In this document: positions 58,319 to 64,000 of the stretch, one piece after another
How positions within the stretch are numbered: the stretch's first letter is position 1
Layout of the letters: the number at the start of each line of letters is the position of its first letter
Made by a program: the position numbers and the translations under genes
Assembly: GCA_050742455.1 (NCBI GenBank)
Contig: JBOGIG010000004.1
Coordinates: forward strand, 9,508 to 73,507
Direction: 5' to 3'
Length of the DNA: 64,000 bases
Source: Acidimicrobiales bacterium
Lineage (GTDB): Bacteria > Actinomycetota > Acidimicrobiia > Acidimicrobiales > JBOGIG01
Notes under the pieces: generated by a model
Databases searched by the model: none
Seen by the model: only the letters and a program-made list of their open reading frames with translations
What the model was told of the DNA's origin: nothing

Positions 58319-59946
58319 GGCTCCTCGTCAGCACTGTTCTCTTGGTCAGCACTGTTTTCTTGGTCAGCACTGTGCAGCAGGCCAAACACGATTGAATCAC
58401 ACAGAGCCTGCCAGGATGCCTCGATGATGTTTTCCGACACCCCGATGGTGGACCAGGACCGGGTTCCGTCGGTGGAGTCGAGCAAGACCCGGGTAACGGC
58501 CCCGGTGCCCTTGGACGTGTCCAATACCCTCACCCGGTAGTCGGTTAGGTGAAGGTCACTCAGAACGGAAAAACGCGATCCGATCGCCCGGCGCAGAGCC
58601 CCGTCCAAGGCGTTGATCGGGCCGTTGCCCTCGGCCGTGGCCACCACCCGTTCGCCCCCCACCCACACCTTGATAGTGGCTTCGGTGGATACCCCGTCCA
58701 CCCCGCTGAGCTGCTCGGTGATGACCCGAAATGACTCAAGGGAAAAGAAGTCCTGGGACCACCCCGTGGCCGACCGCATCAACAGCTCCAAGGAGCCATC
58801 GGCCACCTCGAAGTGGTAGCCCTGGTGCTCCAGCACCTTGAGCCGTTCCAACACAGTGGTCAATGCTTCGCCGTCTACCTCAAGGCCCAGCTCGGCAGCT
58901 TTGAGGACCAGCGTGGAGCGACCGGACATCTCGCTGACCACGAAACGGGCACCGTTGCCGACGGCGTCAGGAGACACGTGCTCGTAGGCATCGGATCGCC
59001 GCACGATTGCCGAGGTGTGCAGGCCGGCCTTGTTGGCAAAGGCCGATCCACCCACATAAGGCTGCTGCGGGTTGGGGGCGATATTGACCAGCTCAGAAAT
59101 GTGGTGGGAGACGGCGGTGATGAGCTCCAAGCGCTCGGGGGGGATGGTTGCTATACCCATCTTGAGGGTCAGGTTGGGAATGGTGGCGGAGAGGTCCGCA
59201 TTGCCGGTGCGTTCTCCGTAGCCGTTGACGCAGCCCTGGACCTGGCCGGCCCCGAACCTCACTGCAGTCAGGGTGTTGGCCACGGCACAGCCCCCGTCAT
59301 TGTGAAAGTGGGCCCCCAGGTCGGCCGAGGTCTCGGCCCGCACCTTGGTCATTATCTCTTCTACCTCATGGGGAAGGGTTCCGCCGTTGGTGTCGCACAG
59401 GACCAGCGTCTCGGCCCCGGCCTCCTCCGCAGCGGCGATTACCCGCAGCGAATAGTCGGGATTGGCCTTGTACCCGTCGAAGAAGTGCTCGGCATCAAAA
59501 AATACCCGTAGGCCTTGCGAGCGAAGGAACTCCACCGACTCACGAGCCATGGCCACACCCTCGTCCAACGTCGATCGCAGGGCCTCGGTGACATGGAGCT
59601 CGGAAGACTTGGCCACGATGCACACTGCCTCGGTGCCGGCTTGGACCAGGTGGCGCAGCACCTCATCATCGTGGGCTCGTCCCCCCGGGCGTCGGGTGGA
59701 GCCGAAGGCCACCAGTGTGGCCACCTTGAGATCCAACTCGGTACCGGCCCGGGCAAAGAACTCGACGTCCTTGGGGTTGGCGCCAGGCCAACCACCCTCG
59801 ATGTATGCCACTCCCAGGTGGTCGAGCTGCTCGGCTACCCTCAACTTGTCGTCGACGCTGAGGGACAGGCCCTCCTGCTGACTTCCATCCCTCAAGGTGG
59901 TGTCGTATATCTCGACCGAGCGCGGGGTCAAGACGCCCGAAAGCAT
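58315..59946 (-). CDS. cimA: Citramalate synthase (LeuA/CimA family)
   Basis: VEIYDTTLRDGSQQEGLSLSVDDKLRVAEQLDHLGVAYIEGGWPGANPKD matches the CimA N-terminus, and a LeuA-dimer-like C-terminal domain is present. The start is at ATG 59946. The track ORF to 60156 would overlap ilvE. Confidence 0.8.
   Translation of the reverse strand: MLSGVLTPRSVEIYDTTLRDGSQQEGLSLSVDDKLRVAEQLDHLGVAYIEGGWPGANPKDVEFFARAGTELDLKVATLVAFGSTRRPGGRAHDDEVLRHLVQAGTEAVCIVAKSSELHVTEALRSTLDEGVAMARESVEFLRSQGLRVFFDAEHFFDGYKANPDYSLRVIAAAEEAGAETLVLCDTNGGTLPHEVEEIMTKVRAETSADLGAHFHNDGGCAVANTLTAVRFGAGQVQGCVNGYGERTGNADLSATIPNLTLKMGIATIPPERLELITAVSHHISELVNIAPNPQQPYVGGSAFANKAGLHTSAIVRRSDAYEHVSPDAVGNGARFVVSEMSGRSTLVLKAAELGLEVDGEALTTVLERLKVLEHQGYHFEVADGSLELLMRSATGWSQDFFSLESFRVITEQLSGVDGVSTEATIKVWVGGERVVATAEGNGPINALDGALRRAIGSRFSVLSDLHLTDYRVRVLDTSKGTGAVTRVLLDSTDGTRSWSTIGVSENIIEASWQALCDSIVFGLLHSADQENSADQENSADEEP
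58327..58374. repeat. About 2.7 x 18-bp tandem repeat (gtcagcactgttYtcttg) at the cimA 3' end
   Basis: It encodes ...SADQENSADQENSADEEP* on the minus strand. Confidence 0.92.
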
Positions 59947-60020
59947 GGCCACGTCGACGTGTCCGCCGCCGGCCAATCCGCTCGATCGGACCCCACCACC
60001 ACCATCTTCGTGCCCGTGGT

Positions 60021-60074
60021 CATGGCGGAGCCCAGCATCATGGCGGAGCCCAGCATCATGGCGGAGCCCGGGGT
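60021..60074. repeat. 3 x 18-bp tandem repeat (catggcggagcccagcat) in the ilvE-cimA spacer
   Basis: The copies are at 60021, 60039 and 60057. The last copy diverges in its 3' part. Confidence 0.92.
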
Positions 60075-60100
60075 CATGAGGGGCTGGGTCGCCTCCCGGA

Positions 60101-61024
60101 TCAGGACACATATTCCAACCAGTCCTTGTAGCGGTCGATCTCACCCCGCACGGCACCGTGGTATGTCTCCTGTATGGCCCGGGTCATGGGTCCCGGTCTG
60201 CCATCGCCCACCGGGCGGTCGTCCACTGAGCTGATGGGCACGACCTCGGCCGCCGTTCCCGACAGGAAGGCCTCCTGGGCCGTATATAGATCGCTGCGCA
60301 AGATGTTGCCCACCTCGACCTTCAAGCCCAGGTCCGAGGCGATGGTCATGACCGAGGCCTGGGTGATCCCCTCCAAGGCTCCAGCCGAAACAGGCGGGGT
60401 GAGAATTCGCCCGCCCCGCACCACGAAGATGTTCTCGCCGGTGCACTCAGAAACGTAGCCCTGGGGGCTGAGGAGAACCGCCTCGTCGTAGCCGGCCTTC
60501 AGGGCCTCGATCTTGGCCATGGACGAATTGATGTACATCCCCGTGCCCTTGGCCGCTGGAGGGCAGGCGTTGGGATCGTGGCGTTGCCAGGAGCTGACCT
60601 TGACCCTGATGCCGTTTGCCACGCCTTCGTCGCCCAGGTACGTCCCCCACGGCCAGGCGGCCACCGAGACCTTCACCGGACAGGGCAGCGGGTTGAGGCC
60701 CATCTCGCCGTAGCCCAAATACACGATGGGTCGTATGTAACACGAGTCCAACCCAGTGGATGCCACCACCGACTTGGTGGCAGCCACGATCTCGGAGTGG
60801 GAGAAGGGGACGTCGATAAGAAAGATCCGAGCCGAGTCCAGAAGTCGGGTGATGTGGTCGCTCAACCTGAACACGGCAGGTCCCGAAGCTGTCGGATAGG
60901 CCCTGATCCCCTCGAACACCCCCGACCCGTAGTGCAAGGTGTGGGTGAGAATATGGACCGTGGCCGACTCCCAGTCGACCAGCTCTCCATCCATCCAGAT
61001 TTTCGGGGTGGGGGTGATGGGCAT
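60101..61024 (-). CDS. ilvE: Branched-chain amino acid aminotransferase
   Basis: IWMDGELVDWESATVHILTHTLHYGSGVFEGIRAY and the rest of the protein follow the class IV aminotransferase pattern. Confidence 0.92.
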   Translation of the reverse strand: MPITPTPKIWMDGELVDWESATVHILTHTLHYGSGVFEGIRAYPTASGPAVFRLSDHITRLLDSARIFLIDVPFSHSEIVAATKSVVASTGLDSCYIRPIVYLGYGEMGLNPLPCPVKVSVAAWPWGTYLGDEGVANGIRVKVSSWQRHDPNACPPAAKGTGMYINSSMAKIEALKAGYDEAVLLSPQGYVSECTGENIFVVRGGRILTPPVSAGALEGITQASVMTIASDLGLKVEVGNILRSDLYTAQEAFLSGTAAEVVPISSVDDRPVGDGRPGPMTRAIQETYHGAVRGEIDRYKDWLEYVS

Positions 61025-61044
61025 GTTGTCCGACCTTTCTAGGT

Positions 61045-62133
61045 TCAGAGCTTACGGGCGATGGCATCGCCGATCTCGGATGTGGAAGTTGTGGATGGAA
61101 CCGCTGCGCGCCGATGTTCGGCTGCATATTGAAGGACAGCGACGAGCACCCGGTCGGCGGCGGCCGACTCGCCCAGATGGTCCAGCATCATCGCCGCCGA
61201 GCGGATGGCGGCCAGAGGATTGGCACGGCCGGTGCCGACGATGTCGTGGGCCGCACCGTGTACGGGCTCGAACAGGCTCGGCCCGGTCCGATCGGGGTTG
61301 AGGTTGGCCGAGGCCGCCAGACCGATCCCCCCAGATACGGCACCGGCCAGGTCGGTGAGAATGTCCCCGAACAGATTGTCAGTAACCACGACGTCGTAGC
61401 GGTGGGGATCCTCGACCAAGTAGATGCAAGCCGCGTCGACATGGTTATACGACGTTGCGACGTCGGGGAAATCGGGGGCCACTTCGTCGAAGGTCCGCTG
61501 CCACAGATCGCCGGAATAGGTCAACACGTTGGTCTTGTGCACCAGGGTCAAGTGGCGACGGGATCGCGACCGGGCCAGGGCGAAGGCGTAGCGGATGCAG
61601 CGCTCCACTCCATGCCGGGAATTGACCGAGCCTTGGGTGGCGATCTCGTAGGGAGTGCCTCGGCGCAGAAAGCCCCCTTCACCCGCATATGCCCCTTCGG
61701 TATTTTCCCTCACCACGGCCAGCTCGAAGTCCACCTCACCGTCGTCCTTGAACGCAGTAAAGGGTCGAAGGTTGATATACAGGTCGAGCTCGAACCGCAT
61801 CCGCAGCAATAGGCCTCTTTCCAGGGTCCCGCTCGGCACCGCCCTGCTGCCCACCGGCGGCCCCACCGCACCGAGCATGATGGCGTCGAGTCCTCGCAGC
61901 TCGTCCAGGACGTCGTCGTCAAGCACCTCGCCGGTGCGCACGAATCGGTCCGCCCCGAGGTCGAACTCGGTGACATCCAACTTTACCCCCACCGCCTCTA
62001 TGACCTTCATGGCCTCGGCCACCACTTCCGGGCCTATGCCGTCGCCCCCGATGACGCCGACCCGATGAGGTCCGCGCCTCGCCGGGTCAGCCGGGTCGGC
62101 CGGGTCAGCCGGGTCCAATTGCTGATTCGTCAA
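61045..62133 (-). CDS. leuB: 3-isopropylmalate dehydrogenase
   Basis: It has the GDGIGPEV and [25 protein letters not shown] motifs. A TTG start at 62133 lies 9 nt after AGGAGG (62143-62148). The track ORF to 62229 lacks an SD. Confidence 0.88.
   Translation of the reverse strand: MTNQQLDPADPADPADPARRGPHRVGVIGGDGIGPEVVAEAMKVIEAVGVKLDVTEFDLGADRFVRTGEVLDDDVLDELRGLDAIMLGAVGPPVGSRAVPSGTLERGLLLRMRFELDLYINLRPFTAFKDDGEVDFELAVVRENTEGAYAGEGGFLRRGTPYEIATQGSVNSRHGVERCIRYAFALARSRSRRHLTLVHKTNVLTYSGDLWQRTFDEVAPDFPDVATSYNHVDAACIYLVEDPHRYDVVVTDNLFGDILTDLAGAVSGGIGLAASANLNPDRTGPSLFEPVHGAAHDIVGTGRANPLAAIRSAAMMLDHLGESAAADRVLVAVLQYAAEHRRAAVPSTTSTSEIGDAIARKL
62081..62116. repeat. 4 x 9-bp tandem repeat (gccgggtcR), encodes (DPA)4 at the leuB N-terminus
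   Basis: Read directly from the sequence. It is in frame. Confidence 0.92.
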
Positions 62134-62186
62134 ATTTTCGAGCCTCCTGGGTTTGCCGCCGCGGGACGAAACTACGCCTGAATATG

Positions 62187-62210
62187 AAAAACCGCCCACT
62201 TGGTGGACGG
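62187..62210 (-). terminator. Intrinsic-terminator-like hairpin + T5 inside the leuB leader
   Basis: The minus-strand RNA reads CCGUCCA-CCAAG-UGGGCGG followed by UUUUU. The stem has a G-U pair on the minus strand that would be a C-A mismatch on the plus strand. It lies 53 nt upstream of the leuB TTG. Confidence 0.45.
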
Positions 62211-62322
62211 TCGTTGAGGCGCACACCAATTCGGGTGAGCGCCTAGCCGATAATGCCTACCTGACCCGATGGCATGGCAATAAACATGGGGACATTGTCA
62301 CCCATGGGCCTGTTCGAGTCAA
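62211..62322 (-). promoter_or_regulatory. Candidate leuB leader: promoter-like TTGACT-17-GACAAT, 10-codon mini-ORF, alternative hairpins
   Basis: The -35 box is at 62322-62317 and the -10 box at 62299-62294. The mini-ORF 62275..62243 encodes [10 protein letters not shown]. Hairpin 62243-62218 abuts the mini-ORF stop. Confidence 0.3.
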
Positions 62323-62825
62323 GAATGGTCGAGGTCGCCGCTAATCTTGGTTCGGTGACTCCCACCCAGCTTTCCCATGAGGCCTTCGACCGGCTCCAGG
62401 CCGAGGTGGAAAACCTGACCACGGTGGGCCGGATAGACATTGCCCGGGCCATCGAGGATGCAAGGGCCCTCGGGGACTTGAGCGAGAACGGCGACTACCA
62501 CGCGGCCAAGGACGCCCAGGGCAAGATGGAGGCCAGGATCCGCCAGCTCGCGGCCATACTCAAGGACGCGGAGATCGTCGATGCGGACGAGGCTTCGGAT
62601 GGAGCGGTCGCCACCGGGACGGTGGTGGCCCTGCGTTACGAGGGCGACGATGACGTGGAGCGCTTTCTGATCGGCTCCATCGAGGAGCGCCGCGACGGGC
62701 TGGGGGTCATCTCACCCGGGTCCCCCCTGGGCCAGGCCCTGATCGGTCGGCAGGCCGGTTCCACCATCACCTACGAGGCCCCAGGAGGCAGCCTGCGGGT
62801 CGAGATCGTCGAGGTAGGGAGCTGA
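62274..62825 (+). CDS. greA: Transcription elongation factor GreA
   Basis: It has LGDLSENGDYHAAKDAQGKMEARIRQL and a C-terminal FKBP-like domain. The true start may be the ATG at 62325, judged by comparison with typical GreA N-termini. Confidence 0.9.
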   Translation: MAINMGTLSPMGLFESRMVEVAANLGSVTPTQLSHEAFDRLQAEVENLTTVGRIDIARAIEDARALGDLSENGDYHAAKDAQGKMEARIRQLAAILKDAEIVDADEASDGAVATGTVVALRYEGDDDVERFLIGSIEERRDGLGVISPGSPLGQALIGRQAGSTITYEAPGGSLRVEIVEVGS

Positions 62826-62976
62826 CCTGCTAGCATTGATGCTCCGCCCCGGTGTTTGAATACGCCTGGGCAAGGCGCCGCCTAGTGGTTCAGGTCGTGC
62901 CCACTTAGCACCGACCACCCACCCCGCCTACCCATCCCTGGCGCCCGTCAACGGCCCTCGGACCGATGGAGTCATC

Positions 62977-64000
62977 TTGACACGCACATTTACCGACCTC
63001 GGCGTTCCCGAGGACATCTCGTCCTGCCTGGCCGAGAACGGCATCACCTCGGCCTTTCCCATCCAAGAAGCCACCCTGCCCGACTCGCTGGCTGGACGAG
63101 ACATCTGTGGCAAAGCCCCGACGGGATCAGGAAAGACCCTGGCCTTCGCGATCCCCATGGCCGCGCGCATTCCCCGAGCCAAGCCCCACCATCCCACCGC
63201 CCTGGTACTGGTCCCCACACGCGAGCTGGCCGCTCAGGTCCAGCGAGCCATCGAGCCCCTGGCCCGAGCCCGCGGTCGTCGGGTTGCTTCCTTCTATGGT
63301 GGGGTCGGCTTCGGCGAGCAGCTCAAGGCTCTGCGTCAGAGTGTGGACATCGCCGTGGCCTGTCCGGGAAGACTCGGAGACCTGATCGAACGTGGTCAAC
63401 TCAGGCTGTCCTCGGTTGGCTTTGTCGTCCTCGACGAGGCCGACCGCATGGCCGACATGGGCTTCTTGCCCGAGGTCAAAAAGATCCTGGATCAGGTGTC
63501 GAAGAATCGTCAGACCCTCCTGTTCTCAGCCACCCTGGACGGCGAGATCGATGTGCTGGTCCGCCGCTACCAGACCGATCCGGCCCGCCACGAGGCACAG
63601 GCAGACGACGACGACATCGACTTGGCCCAACACCACTTCTGGAAGACGGACCGGACCGAGCGCCTCGGACTTTGCACTGAGCTGATCTCGGCCGCCGGAC
63701 CGAGCATGGTGTTCTGTCGTACCAAGCACGGCGCCGACCGCCTGGCCAAGCAACTCAACGCGGCCGGTGTGAGTGCGGCGGCGATCCACGGAGATCGAAG
63801 CCAGGCCCAGCGGGAAAGGGCCTTGGCCGCATTTGCCAATCACCGGGTTCGGGCCCTGGTGGCCACTGATGTGGCGGCCCGGGGGATCCACGTGGAGGGG
63901 GTGGGCGCCGTAGTCCACTTCGATCCGCCCAACGATCACAAGGACTACATCCATCGTTCCGGTCGCACCGCTCGGGCTGGGGCTCGGGGCCATGTCGTCA
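62977..64000 (+). CDS. DEAD-box ATP-dependent RNA helicase (3' end outside window)
   Basis: It is not in the ORF track because no stop occurs before the window end. My translation shows the Q-motif region (FTDLGVP...ITSAFPIQ), APTGSGKT, PTRELA, LDEADRM, FSATL and HRSGRTARAG. TTG 62977 is the putative start. Confidence 0.88.
   Translation, partial: MTRTFTDLGVPEDISSCLAENGITSAFPIQEATLPDSLAGRDICGKAPTGSGKTLAFAIPMAARIPRAKPHHPTALVLVPTRELAAQVQRAIEPLARARGRRVASFYGGVGFGEQLKALRQSVDIAVACPGRLGDLIERGQLRLSSVGFVVLDEADRMADMGFLPEVKKILDQVSKNRQTLLFSATLDGEIDVLVRRYQTDPARHEAQADDDDIDLAQHHFWKTDRTERLGLCTELISAAGPSMVFCRTKHGADRLAKQLNAAGVSAAAIHGDRSQAQRERALAAFANHRVRALVATDVAARGIHVEGVGAVVHFDPPNDHKDYIHRSGRTARAGARGHVV

Overview
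GC-rich, actinobacterial-type chromosomal segment. The lineage call rests on an HU protein with a Lys/Ala-rich tail, a PafB/PafC-like WYL pair, F420/LLM-type enzymes, an Rv2466c-like thioredoxin-fold protein and gltX next to tRNA-Gln and tRNA-Glu; no finer taxonomy can be called from sequence alone. About 60 protein genes are supportable and most are housekeeping or metabolic: typA, gltX, greA, mscL, a leuB-ilvE-cimA operon, a liv-type ABC transporter, a split B12 acyl-CoA mutase, a cfa synthase, assorted oxidoreductases and hydrolases, and two c-di-GMP turnover proteins.

Accessory or unusual content:
1. An orphan MobF (TrwC-like) relaxase and a TM-less VirD4/TraG-type coupling protein (4981-8884) are convergent and overlapping. 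No integrase or mating-pore genes are in the window. The module lies head-to-tail behind the WYL pair, across a visibly AT-rich junction.
2. A lower-GC islet (about 38.7-43.85 kb) abuts tRNA-Glu and tRNA-Gln. It holds a frameshifted nucleotidyltransferase two-gene module and an ISL3 element with 8-bp target duplications, itself split by an IS110 element.
3. Perfect short tandem repeats (9-27 bp units) recur at gene boundaries and in frame inside CDSs.
4. The leuB leader has a leader-peptide, alternative-hairpin and terminator architecture typical of attenuators.

All functional calls come from motif recognition in the translated ORFs. No database search was run. Many long ORFs in the track are antisense artefacts of high GC.
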